A DNA stretch of 64,000 bases from Mobula hypostoma (lineage: Eukaryota), in NCBI RefSeq assembly GCF_963921235.1, contig NC_086108.1:11718001-11782000 (forward strand). Reading direction: 5' to 3'. A program made the translations under genes and the position numbers. The notes under the pieces were generated by a model, which was not told the DNA's origin, ran no database searches, and was given only the letters and a program-made list of their open reading frames with translations. Each line of letters begins with the position of its first letter. The first letter of the stretch is position 1. Shown here one piece after another: positions 11,443 through 23,680 of the stretch.

Positions 11443-14242
11443 TGCCTTCATACAGTTCTGGTTGCCCCACTACTGGAAGAACGTTGAGACTTTGCTGTGA
11501 GTGCAGAAGGAGTTTACCAGGATGCTGCCTGATTTAGAGGGCATGGGCTATCACAACTTAGGTTGTTTTCTCGGTGGATGCTGGGAATGCACTATCTGCT
11601 ATGGTGGTAGAGGCAAATACATTAGAGATCTTTTAGAGACATTTGGATGGGCACATGGATGTAAAGAAAATAGAGACATGGTGTAGGTAGGAAGGACTTG
11701 TGTCTGGGTGCTCTTAATTTGCTTTTTAGCTGGTTTGGCATAACGTTGTGTGCTGATCGGCCTATTGCTGTGTTATACTGTTCTATATTCTATGTTGCCT
11801 TTGATTACTGTTGGGCAGAGCCTCCATATCCAGTTGGCTCAATATGCAAGCAGGCCTTCTGCACCCTCTGTTTCATGATTCATTGTTGTCTAACAATTAC
11901 ATGGTAGACAGATCCTCAAACAGAGGTCTTTGGACACTGATAGCGGTGACAGAATTCATGCTGTTAGATCTTAGCATCAGGACCCTTTGATGATATTTTG
12001 CAGCCTGTGAAAAGAAAGAAGTGTCCTTAACTTAAGCCATCTTCTCAGTGGGTGGTTGCTGAGTTCCCGGGGATGGTGCTCAGAGGCAGCATTAATGTCT
12101 CACACACCGACGAATCTGTTCTCACCCTGCGGGGGTGATAGTCCACACCCACAGAGGCTGTGTGGATGTTAAACATCGCACACAGTGTTTAGAATACACA
12201 AAATCGTGGCATCAAAAGGGAGCGTACCAGGCGATGATCAGATCGGTGGAAGGAATCCAAAGTAAGTTTCTGGTTAGAACTGCTGCCAAAAGACTTCATG
12301 AGGTCTGGACTCCTCGCACAAGTCCATGTTGGGTGGCTGTGTCCCACCAAGGGGACAGGGTAAACGTAGGGAGCTGCAGGGAGGAGTCGAGCACACTGAC
12401 AGCTATTGCCAAGGAGGGACTTGCAAAGTGCTAGAGTTGTTGAGTCTGAGGGCAGAGAAATAGGCCCTTTAGCCCAGCACATCAATGCCCATCCACATTA
12501 ATCCTGTTTGTCTTCTCCTTCTATGCCTTGCCTTTCATATGTCTAAAGCTAGTGATTATTTGACTGTGAGACCATAAGACATAGGAGCCGAATTAGGCCA
12601 TTCAGCCCATTGAGCCTGTACTGCATTTCATCATGGTTGATTTATTATCCCTTTCAGCTCCTATCTCCTGCCTTCTCCCTGGATTCTTTGACGCCCTGAC
12701 TAATCAAGAACTTATCAGAATCAGTTTAAGTTCATTGGCATATGTTGTAAAATTTACTGTTTTTGTGGCAGCAGTACAATGTGATGCATGATGATAAAAA
12801 TAACTGTGAATTGCAGAAGATATATATATATATATATATATAGTTAAATTAAATAAGTAGTGTAAAAAAAGTAGTTTTCATTGGTCCAATGTCCATTCAG
12901 AAATCTGACGGCAGAGGGGAAGAAGCTATTCCTGAATCTTTGAGTGTGTGCCTTCAGGCTTCTGTACCTCCTCCCTGATGGTAGCAATAAGAAGAGGGCA
13001 TGATTTGGGTGGTGAGAGTCCTTAATAATGGACACTACCCTTCTGAGGCATCCACCTTGAAGGTATCCTGGATGCTACGGAGGCTAGCGCCCATGATGGA
13101 GCTGACTAAGTTCACAACTTTCTGAAGCTAATTTGATCCAGTGTAGTAGCCCCCCACCCCCACCCCATAGTGATAGTGATACAGCCAGTCAGAATGCTCT
13201 CTGCAGTACATCTGCAGAAACCCCCTTTTTAAATGAAGCAATTGCTGTTCTATGTTTTAAGTGAAGGTCTCAGGAGGAGACCATAAGTCCACAGGACCTT
13301 AAGACATAGGAGCAACAATTACCCATTTGGCCCCTCAAGTCTGCTCTACCATTTCATCTTGGCTGATTTATTATACCTTTCAATTCTATTCTCCTGCCTT
13401 TACCCCGTAACCTCTGACACTCAAGAACTAATCAAGAACTTATCAACTTCTGCTTTAAATGTACCCAATGACTTGACCTCCACAGCCGTCTGAGGGAATG
13501 AAATCCACAGATTAACCCCCTTCTGGCTAAAGAAATCCTTCCTCATCTGATTCCATTACCTGCTCTTGCAGGGAGCTCTGGATATCAAACATCCTCTGTG
13601 TAAAACAATACTTTCTTCTGAAATGTCCTTTAAAATTCCTTCTTCTGACTTTCAACCTGTGACCTATGTTTTGATACATCTGGGCTCGGTATCACCTAAC
13701 CTGGACCTGGTTTGATATCAGCTGCCGAGGTCTGGTCTGGTCCAGGTCAAGCACACTGCTCTGGGCAGGACCAGCGAGGGGAGCAAACTTCCTTTCACAG
13801 ACAACATCAGCGAAGCAGATGGCCTTTTATGGTGATCTGACAGGTTCACAGTTACCATTACTGAGACCAGCTTTTTAATTCAAATAGAGTCATATGAAAT
13901 GAATTTATATTTTTCAGCGAGTGCGGTGGGATTTGTGGATCATTTGTCCAGTAAAATAACCACAATGTACTCTCCTCCAATTACCATTCCCATTGCTGGC
14001 CATCCTGAAACCTGCTTCAGGGCTGCTGCCAAAACCATTACCTGTAGGAAACCGTAGGATGTCCATCTGAAGTCCAGACTGTCCCATTATTTTGAGAAAT
14101 CCATCAGACTCTGGCGGTAACCTTGTTTGCAAAGATGTGCATCGTAACATGCGTGTCTGGAAATAAATTGTCTCGTTGTTCATGCTCTGGGATCTAGGGT
14201 CTTCCTCCATCTGTTGTGGTTTCTTCCCATTACTAATTACAG

Positions 14243-14323
14243 CGGGGGTTCCCAATTTGGGGTCCATAGACCCCTCGGTTAATGGTAGGGGTCTATAGTA
14301 TAAAAAAGTTTGGGGAAATTGTG
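14243..14323. mobile_element. hAT MITE, same family as 7174-7255, opposite orientation
   Basis: cgggggttcccaa...ggtccatagacccctc...aaaaaagtttggggaa; weak 8-bp TSD aattacag/ctctacag. Confidence 0.6.
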
Positions 14324-14383
14324 CTCTACAGGCTCCTAATATGGCAGTCACTAATCTCAAAGGCACTCTGTCCAAAATCACAG

Positions 14384-14670
14384 GGCAGCACAGTAGCGTA
14401 GTCGTTAGCACAACGCTTTACAGTACCAGCAACCTGGGTTCAATTCCTGCCGCTGCCTGCAAGGAGTTTGTACGTTCTCCCCATGACCGCGTGGGTTCCC
14501 TCCGGGTGCTCCAGTTTCCTCCCACAGTCCAAGGACGTACCAGTTGGTAGGTTAACTGATCATTGTAAATTGCCCCTTGATCAAGCTAGGATTAAATCAG
14601 GGGAATGCTGGGCAGTTGGGCTCAAAGGGCTGGAATGGTCTATTCAGTGCTGTATCTCAATAAATATAAA
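14384..14670 (+). mobile_element. tRNA-derived V-SINE/HE1-like SINE; further copies at ~46840-47060, ~48265-48570, ~49910-50165
   Basis: A-box-like tagcgtagtcgtt, B box ggttcaattcc, conserved core gagtttgtacgttctcccc...tttcctcccacagtccaa, A-rich end. Confidence 0.8.
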
Positions 14671-15209
14671 TCAATACAGACACACATTTTTGGAATGCCT
14701 TCTTCCTGGTCCCACCCAGGCCTCCTTCCTTTTCAATGCATTTCTGCTTCTGCCCCTTGGACCTTCTCCACAATCCATTCCGATGCATCAAAGCAGCTGC
14801 TGCCCACTGGTCCTCAGACATTAAACAGTCGAGCCTCTTCTCAGCTCTGGTCTCCGCCCACTGACCTCAGCCCAATTGTACCACTGGTTGTCATGATGCT
14901 GGCATCGGCTCTGGACTATCTGGGATGGGTCCCTGACATGCTGACCTTTCTGATTCACCACATGGAAGTGTTGCTGAGGGTGCCGATGTCAAGTGCCCAG
15001 CCCTGGCTGCCCAGTGATGGGTTTGGAGTCAGAGCAGTCATTTGCTAGTTCAATGGTTCCATTTAATATCAGAGAATGTATACAGTATACAACCTGAAAT
15101 CCTCACAAAACAGAAAAAAAAACAAAGAATGATGGACAGAAAACATTAGAACCCCAAAACCCGCTTCCCCTTCCATGCAGCAAAAGCATCAACCTCCCCC
15201 CCTCCCCAC

Positions 15210-15562
15210 TAATGAGGGGTGATTGATAAGTTTGTGGCCGAAGGTATACAGTTATATATGAGTTACATAGCTCTCATTACATGCACGTGCAGTTCAATTC
15301 TTCGAGTGAAAATGCAGAAAGTTTGAAGTTAATAACTCATCTCCTTCAACCTTAGGCCATGAACTTATCAATCACCCCTGCTGTGGACCACTTTCTGGAG
15401 GTCCAAGACGCCGACTTCTACAAAGAAGGGATCCGTATGCTCCACGACAGCTGGACTAAGTGTAAGTGTATGGAGGGGACTATATTGAAAAATAAATGTG
15501 CTAGGTTTTCTAAAATGTACTCCTTCTATCTTAGGCCACAAACTTATCAATCACCCCACTTA
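15210..15562 (+). mobile_element. Tc1/mariner deletion derivative
   Basis: TIRs ggggtgattgataagtttgtggcc(g/t)aag with flanking TA. Mariner C-terminus remnant DHFLEVQDADFYKEGIRMLHDSWTKC...GDYIEK*. Extra internal TIR copy at ~15351-15380. Confidence 0.8.
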
Positions 15563-15689
15563 CTCAGCAAAAGCATCAACCCCACCCCCACCACCCTCCA
15601 TGCCAGCAACAGCAAAGCCTCTAAAGAGAACATGATCCAGAGTCCATCAAGACTACTGTCCATCCCAACTTTTTGACATCTCAGACAGG

Positions 15690-15690
15690 C

Positions 15691-15724
<34 letters not shown>

Positions 15725-15760
15725 CCTCCCTCCCTCCCTCCCTCTCTTTCTCTCTCTCTG
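15690..15760. repeat. (CT)n/(CCCT)n microsatellite
   Basis: Direct inspection. Confidence 0.9.
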
Positions 15761-17086
15761 GAGAGAAAGAGAGGGAGAGAGATATCACTCCTGCCACAGC
15801 GAAAGAGGAGACCAACAGCTCGCTGCTTCGATGTTACAATCTGCCTTGTCACATGTCCGAGTTCCCCCTGACTCGAGGACCAACTGACTCTCACTCACTA
15901 TCAAGAGAGAGAGTGATTGTTCGAGTGCAGGAGCCTTCTTTTAATCGCGTTGTACACTGCCTACAGGCTCAACGTTTCAACCCATACAGGTAAGGTTTCA
16001 TCACTGAAGGATCTGTGATACAATGGGTTTTTGCAACATCCCACTATTGAATGATCATGATTCATGGGTTTGCATCCCAATTGGCTCTAAGTCAGTGGGA
16101 ACAGACTTGATGGACTGAATGGCCTAATTCTGCTCCTATGTCTTATGGTTTATATTGGGCCAAGGCTCTGACCTGCTGATGTTACTGTCATGTGGGCAGT
16201 TAGTTTACTTGTCAGTCAACAACAACTTCCATTGTGCTGGTCATCGGTTGGCCTGTTTGAAGGATGCAGCAGTTCTTTCCGGTTGGTTGCCGTGCATGGT
16301 ATGTCGCCAGTGTTTGGTTCCAAAGTACAAGAATAGCTTATGCAGGAGGCTCAGTCCCTTTTCCTTTTGTCCCCAGACACTCATTTTCACACCGAGGTAG
16401 TGGCCATTGTAGAAGAACCATTGGGAAAGTATAGAAAGCCTGCTTGCACTAACGGAGTATCTGTCTATTGAATATTTAGTTTTGTAGTTTGTGTAACTTG
16501 GGAGGACTTAGATGCTTGGTCAAATCTTTTACTGTTTGTAACTAAATGATTCATGTGCTTATTCATTATCAGTGTCCTCTGTCTCACTGTGGCAGTTCTG
16601 TGAACCTGCTCCCTTGTAACAGTTCTGTAACTATAACCATATCCACGTATAACTCTTGCCCTTGGTCTAATGGTTATAATAATTTATAAAGGGCCTCATA
16701 TGCTCGATAAATCATTATATATAATAGGGTCAATTCTGTCTCTTTTGAAATTTGAAATGAAAATAAGAAAAGCTTTTATGTTTTTATCACTCCAGTCTTC
16801 TTTTGTGAGCTCATTCAATGGGCACTAAATAGAAATGAAACACCAGTCAAACATACCCTCACCCGCTCCACAGCCAAACTTCAGACAGATTATCTTTGAG
16901 ATAAACAGTTATTATCCTCAATCATCAGGCTCTTGAACCAAAGGGGATAACTTCACTTGCTCATCATTGAAATGTTTCCACAACCCATGGTTTTGAAGTC
17001 TATTGCTTATTTATTTATGATTATTATTTCTTTCTTTTTGGATTTGCACAGTTTGTTGTCTTCTGACCTCTGGTTGAACATTCAAG

Positions 17087-20000
17087 TTAGAAAAACATGG
17101 AAACATAGAAATATAAAAGAATCTACAGCACAATACAGGCCTTTCGGCCCACAAAGCTGTGCCGAACATGTCCTTACCTTAGAAATTACCTAGGGTTATC
17201 CATTGCCCTCTATTTTTCTAAGCTTCACGTACCTATCCAGGAGTCTCTTAAAAGACCCTGTTGTTTCTGTCTCCACCACTGCCACCGGCAGCCCGTTCCA
17301 CGCACTCACCACTCTCTGCGTAAAAAACTTACCCCTGACATCTCCTCTGTACCTAGTTCTAAGCACCTTAAAACTATGCCCTCTCGTGCTAGCCATTTCA
17401 GCCCTAGGAAAAGCCTCTGACTATCCACACAATCAATGCCTGTCATCATCTTATACACCTCTATCAAGCCACCTCTCATCCTCCATCACTCCAAGGAGAA
17501 AAGGCCGAGTTCACTCAGCCTGTTCTCATAAGGCATGCTCCCCAATCCAGGCAACATCCTTGAAATTCTCCTCTGCACTGTTTCTATAGTTTCCACATCC
17601 TTATTGTAGTGAGGCGACCAGAATTGAGCACAGTACTCCAAGTGGGGTCTGACCAGGGTCCTACATAGCTGCAACATTTCTTCACAATTAATGAAGCCCA
17701 ATGCACTGTACGCTTTCTTAGCCACAGAGTCAACCCATGCAGCAGCTTTGAGTATCCTATGGATTCAGACCCTAAGATCCTCTAATCCTTCACACTGCCA
17801 AGAGTCTCACCAGTAATGCTATATTCTGCCATTATATTTGACCTACCAAAATGAACCACCTCACGCTTATCTGGGTGAACTCCATCTACCACTTCTCAGC
17901 TCAGTTTTGCATCCTATCAATGTCCCGCTGTAACCTCTGACAGCCCTCCACACTATCCACAACACCCCCAATCTTTGTGTCATCAGCAAATTTACTAACC
18001 CATCCCATCACTTCCTCATCCAGGTCATTTATAAAAATCACGAAGAGAAGGGGTCCCATAACTGATCCCTGAGGCACACCACTGTTCACCAACCTCCATG
18101 CAGAATATGACCTGTCTACAACCACTCTTTGCCTTCTGTGGGCAAGCCAGTTCTGAATCCACAAAGCAATGTCCCATTGGATCCCATGCCTCCTTAGCTG
18201 CTCAATAAGCCTTGCATGGGGTACCTTATCAAATGCCTTACTGAAATCCATATACACTACATCTACAGCTCTTTTTTTAATTAATTTTTTAATGCATTTT
18301 ACAATAGAGTTACAGAAAAAATCCATCAACAAAATGGAGATTTATACAGTGCAAAACAAACAAGTCCAATATATAGTTCATAACAATGAAAAAAAGCACC
18401 CAAAATAAAATCATGTAAGATTAGTATCCACCCCAGCCTCCCACTGGCAAAAAAACCCCAGGCAAACCAATTCAGTATATAAAAGAAAAAAAACTAATCA
18501 CAGCATTCAACCCCAAACAGCTGTAAATATATATATATAAAAAGAAAATATAATGCCGACTACCAAAACTATAATGTAATTCACAACAACAAACTGTAAA
18601 ACTTACAGGAAAAAAAAACTGAAAGTAAGGGATTGTAGCATACTAAAAACAAAGGATAAACTTAACCTAAAGGGGAGCTATGAAAATATTCAAGAAAAGG
18701 TCCCCACATCTTATGAAACTTTATGTCCGAATTAAGAAGTGAATAATGAATCTTTTCAAGGTCTAAGCAGGCCATAATATCACTAAGCCATTGAGCATGA
18801 GTAGGTGGGGCAGCATCTTTCCACCTAAGAAGAACTAATCGTCTAGTCAAGAGAGAGGCAAAAGATAACGTTTGATGTTTAGTCGGACTCAAGTGCAGGT
18901 CTACTTCACCCAAGGTGCCAAGAAGAGCAATCAGAGGGTTAGGTTCTAAATGGCAATTAAGAATATGAGCTAGGGTTGAAAAAACTTCTCCCCAGAATTT
19001 CTCTAGACTAGGACAGGCCCAGTACATATGGATAAGAGAAGCCTCACCCCCTTTACACTAATCACAAACGGGACTAATATCAGGGCAAAACTGTGATAAT
19101 TTAGTTTTAGACATATGAGCCCTGTGTACAATCTTAAACTGCAAAAGGCAGTGTCGAGCACATAATGAGGTTGAGTTAACTGACTTAAGAATTGAATCCC
19201 AAACCGGATCAGATAAGGAGATATTTAGATCCTGTTCCCAGGCTGTTCTAATTTTATCGAAGGGGACACGCCTCAAAATCACTAACTTATCCCAAATAGC
19301 AGATATTAAACCTTTACCCAATGGATTGATACAAAGAAACAGATCCAGAACATTTTTCTCAGGCATCTCAGGAAAGTTTGATATTAAAGGATTAATGAAA
19401 TGTCTGATTTGAAGATATCTAAAGAAGTGAGTGTAGGTAGGTTAAACATCTACAGCTCTAATTTCATCGATGTGTTTAGTCACATCCTCAAAAAATTCAA
19501 TCAGGCTCGTAAGGCACGGCCTGCCTTTGACAGAGCCATGCTGACTATTCCTAATCATATTATGCCTCTCCAAATGTTCATAAATCCTGCCTTTCAGGAT
19601 CTTCTCCATCAACTTTCCAACCACCGAAGTAAGACCCATTGGTCTGTAATTTCCTGGGCTATCTCCACTCCCTTTCTCGAATAAGGGAACAACATCCGCA
19701 ACCCTCCAATTCTCCGGAACCTTTCCTGTCCTCATTGATGATGCAAAGATCATTGCCGGAGGCTCAAAAATCTCCTCCCTCACTTCCCATAGTAGCCTGG
19801 GGTAAATCCCATCCGGTCCTGGTGACTTATCCAACTTGATGCTTTCCAAAATCTCCAGCACATCCTCTTCCGTAATATATACATGCTCAAACTTTTCAGT
19901 CTGCTGTAAGTCATCCCTACAATCGCCAAGATCCTTTTCCATAGTGAAAACTGAAGCAATGTATTCATTAAGAACCTCTGCTATCTCCTCCAGTTCCACA

Positions 20001-21650
20001 CACACTTTTCCATTGTCCTATTCTCTCATGTCTTATCCTCTTGCTCTTCACATACTTGTGAAATGCCTTGGGGTTTTCCTTAATCCTGTCCACCAAAGCC
20101 TTCTCATGGCCCCTTCTGGCTCTCCTAATTTCATTCTTAAGCTTCTTCCTGCTAGCCTTCTGGATCTCTATCATTACCTAGTTTTTTGAACCTTTCGTAA
20201 GCTTTTCTTTTCTTCTTAACTAGATTTACAACAGCCTTTGTAGACCATGGTTCCTGTACCCTACCATACTTTCCCTGTCTCGTTGTGTGGGGTTCATGCA
20301 GAACCCCACACAAATATCCCCTGAACATTTGCCACATTTCTTCTGTACATTTCCCTGAAAACATCTATTTCCAATTTATGCTTCCAAATTCCTGCCTGAT
20401 AGTGTCATATTTCCCCTTACTCCAATTAAAAGTCTCCCTAACTTCTCTGTTCCTAACCCTGTCCAATGCTATGGTAAAGGAGATAGAATTGTGATCACTA
20501 TCTCCAAAATGCTCTCCCACTGAGAGGCCTGACACCTGACCAGGTTCATTTCCAAATACCAGATCAAGTACAGCTCTCGTCTTGTAGGGTTATCTGCATA
20601 TTATGCCAAGAAACTTTCCTGAACACACCTAACAAACTCCACCCCATCTAAACCCCTCAGTCTTGGGAGATGCCAATCAATATTTGGGAAATTAAAATCT
20701 CCTACCACAACAACCCTATTATTATTACTCTTTTCCAGAATTTGTCTCCATATCTGCTCCTTGATGTCCCTGTTACTATTGGGTGGTCTATAAAAAACAC
20801 CCAGAAGAGTTATTGACCCCTTCCTATTCCTAAATTAACCCACAGAGACTCCATAGACAACCCCTCCATAACTTCCTCCTTTTCTGCAGCCGTGACACTA
20901 TCTCTGACAATAGTTCCATGCCCCCACCTTTTTTGCCTCCATCCTTGTCCTTTCTGAAACCTCTAAAGCCTAGCACTTGAAGTAGCCATTCCTGCCCCTG
21001 CGCCATCCAAGTCTCTGAAATGGCCACAACATCGTAGCTCCAAGTACTGATCCACAGTCTAAGCTCATCCTCTTTGTTCATAATACACCTTGCGTAAGAT
21101 AGACACATCTCAAACCATCGGTCTGAGCATGTCCCTTCTCTATCACCTGCCTATACTCCCTCTCACACTGTCTCCGAGCTTTATCTATTTGTGAGCCAAC
21201 CACATTCCTCTGTCACTTCAGTTTGGTTCCCACCCCCCAGAAATTCTAATTTAAACTCTCCCCAATAGACTTTGCAAACCTCCCCACCAGGATATTGGTC
21301 CCCTTGGGATTCATTCAAGATGCAACCTATTCTTTTTGTACAGGTCCCACCTGCTCCAAAAGTAATCCCAATGATCCAGAAACCTGAATCCCTGACCCCT
21401 GCTCCAATCCCTCCATCACACATTTATCCTCCACCTCATTCTATTCACTGTGATGAGGCACAGACAGTAACCCTGAGATTACTACCTTTGAGGTCCTGCT
21501 TCTCAACTTCCTTCCTAACTCCCTGTAGTCTGTTTTCAGGACCTCCTCCCTTTTCCTACCTATGTCGTTGGTACCAATATGTACCACGACCTCTGGCTGT
21601 TCTCCTTTCCACTTCAGGATATCAGAAACATCCCAGACCCTGGCACCTGG
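17087..21650 (-). mobile_element. Near full-length degenerate CR1 (family B): ORF1 esterase remnant + ORF2, interrupted by an L1
   Basis: VVVHIGTNDIGRK (SGNH esterase GxND block) at ~21550-21590; EN start (YDVVAISETW) in ORF 20830-21108; RT pieces in ORFs 19442-20005 and 17901-18332 (KFADD); tail near 17090. Confidence 0.9.
18273..19445 (-). mobile_element. 5'-truncated L1-clade LINE inserted in the CR1 RT region
   Basis: ORF2 C-terminus LQFKIVHR...CD*CKGGEASLIHMYWAC (CCHC). A-rich tail at 18273-18290. Exact 14-bp TSD acatctacagctct at 18259-18272 and 19446-19459. Confidence 0.9.
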
Positions 21651-23187
21651 GAGTTGGACAGTTTTTCATTCATTCTCTTATGGTTATTGTCCTATGGACT
21701 TATAGAGTATGCCCACAAGAAAATGAATCTCAGGATTGTATATGGTGACATATGTGTACTTTGATAATAAATTTACTTTGGACTTCGACGTGCTCTTGGA
21801 TGAAGTACTCCATAAGTGAAAAGGGATTTTTGTTTTAGCCCAATAGTAGTGAATATGTGGAATTCACTGCCCCAGATGGCTGTGGAGGCCAAGTCATTGA
21901 ATATAATTAAAGTGGAGGTTGATAGGTTCTTGATTAGTCAGGGTGTCAAAGATTACAGAGCGAAGGCAGGAGAATGAGGTTAAGAGGGATAATAAATCAA
22001 TCATGATGGAATTGTGGAGCAGACTTGATGGACAGAATGGCCTAATTCTGCTCTCATGTCTTATGGTATTATGGCCCTATGGTCAACATATTACAGAAAT
22101 GAAATGGTTAACATCTGAGGAGTGTTTCCTGGCTCTGGGATTGTACTTGCTGGAGTTTAGAAGAATGAAGCGTATCTCAATGAAATCTTTTGAATATTGA
22201 AGGGCCTGGATGTGGATAGACTGTTTCCTAAACTGGGGGAGTCTACGACCAGAGGGTACAGCCTTAGAACAGAAGGATGCCCCTTTAGAGCAGAGATGAG
22301 GAGAAATGTTTTTAGCCAGAGGGTGGTGAATGTGTGGAATACACAGCGGAGGTTGATAGGTTCTTGATTAGTAAGAGGTTCAATGTTATAGGGAGGAGGC
22401 AGGAGAGGGATAATAAATCAGCCATGATGGAATAGTGGAGCAGACTCCGTGGGTCAACCAGGGGAATGAATCGGTTTGATTATTTTCACACAGTCCGCAG
22501 TGAAGAGTTTGCATCAGAGCTGGTGCCAAGATCCCAGCCGTTCGTGGTGGGGGTAGGGCAACACCCCATCTTCAGTGGGGCTGTCCGCTCCTCACCGTAC
22601 AGCTGGTTGCACAGAGCAGAAGCCAACCTTTCAAGCAACCAACTTCTGTCGGACCAAGAATGAAAGGACAAAAGAATATATTTTTTGAAATGCTGAATGA
22701 TTTATGAAGGGCCTTGTATATTTCATGAAACATTATTTATAATAGGTTCAATTCTGTCACTTATTGAAGAAAACTGAGATGGAAGTAGGTTCGTGGAAAA
22801 CCTAATGTCTTATACATGAGCATTTTGTGCTGGACAAAGTTTTTAAGGTTGTGTATTTTGAGAGGAGTATTCTCCAGAAAACTCCCCTCCTCCGGCTCTG
22901 CTGCCCTTCAGTTTCCCTAAGACCCACCATCGTTTCTCGTGCAGCTTCTTTCGTCACCTGCCTGCTACCTTTCAATCGCCTTATCTGAATGCACATCCTC
23001 ATTTGGTCGATCAATCTAAGCGCCAGGCCGATTTGGAAAGGTTGATGGGGCCCAGGCCCAGGTAGTATCAATGAGACCGGACTCAGGTCCCATTCTGAAG
23101 AATGACCCGATGTTTTGACGATTTAAATACTGGGCCAGGCAGATTAAAACGGCAAGGTGTCAGGCTGGTTCAGCTTGCTGCACCATG

Positions 23188-23680
23188 ACATTTTCTCCGC
23201 TCTGCTCTGAACCGACTCTGAGGCCTGCTCCAGTTGCTCAGGGATCCACGTCTGAGGACTCCGCGATGTTTACTCCGCTCTGCCCTGAGCTGACTCTGAG
23301 GCCTGCTCCAGTTGCACAGGGATCCATGTCAGAGGACTCCGTGATGTTTACTCGGCTCTGCTCTGAACTGACTCTGAGGCCTGCTCCAGTTGCTCAGGGA
23401 TCCACGTCTGAGGACTCCGCGATGTTTACTCGGCTCTGCTCTGAACCGACTCTGAGGCCTGCTCCAGTTGCTCTGGGATCCACGTCTGAGGACTCCATGA
23501 TGTTTACTCGGCTCTGCTCTGAACTGACTCTGAGGCCTGCTCCAGTTGCTCAGGGATCCACGTCTGAGGACTCCGCGATGTTTACTCCGCTCTGCTCTGA
23601 GCTGACTCTGAGGCCTACTCCAGTTGCTCAGGGATCCACGTCAGAGGACTCTGTGATGTTTACTCGGCTCTGCGCTGAGC
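23188..23680 (+). repeat. 78-bp minisatellite, about 6.3 copies, inside a non-autonomous element (~23040-23990) with (tttgaac)n tail
   Basis: Unit tgtttactcggctctgctctgaactgactctgaggcctgctccagttgctcagggatccacgtctgaggactccgcga. Related, more degenerate element at ~48610-49190. Confidence 0.92.

Noticed and set aside
22486..22500. C-terminal LRTV of the candidate exon as the LRFN PDZ-binding motif or the true last exon
   Set aside because: The class I motif needs S/T at position -2 (ESTV); here it is R, and there is no TM or FN3 homology.
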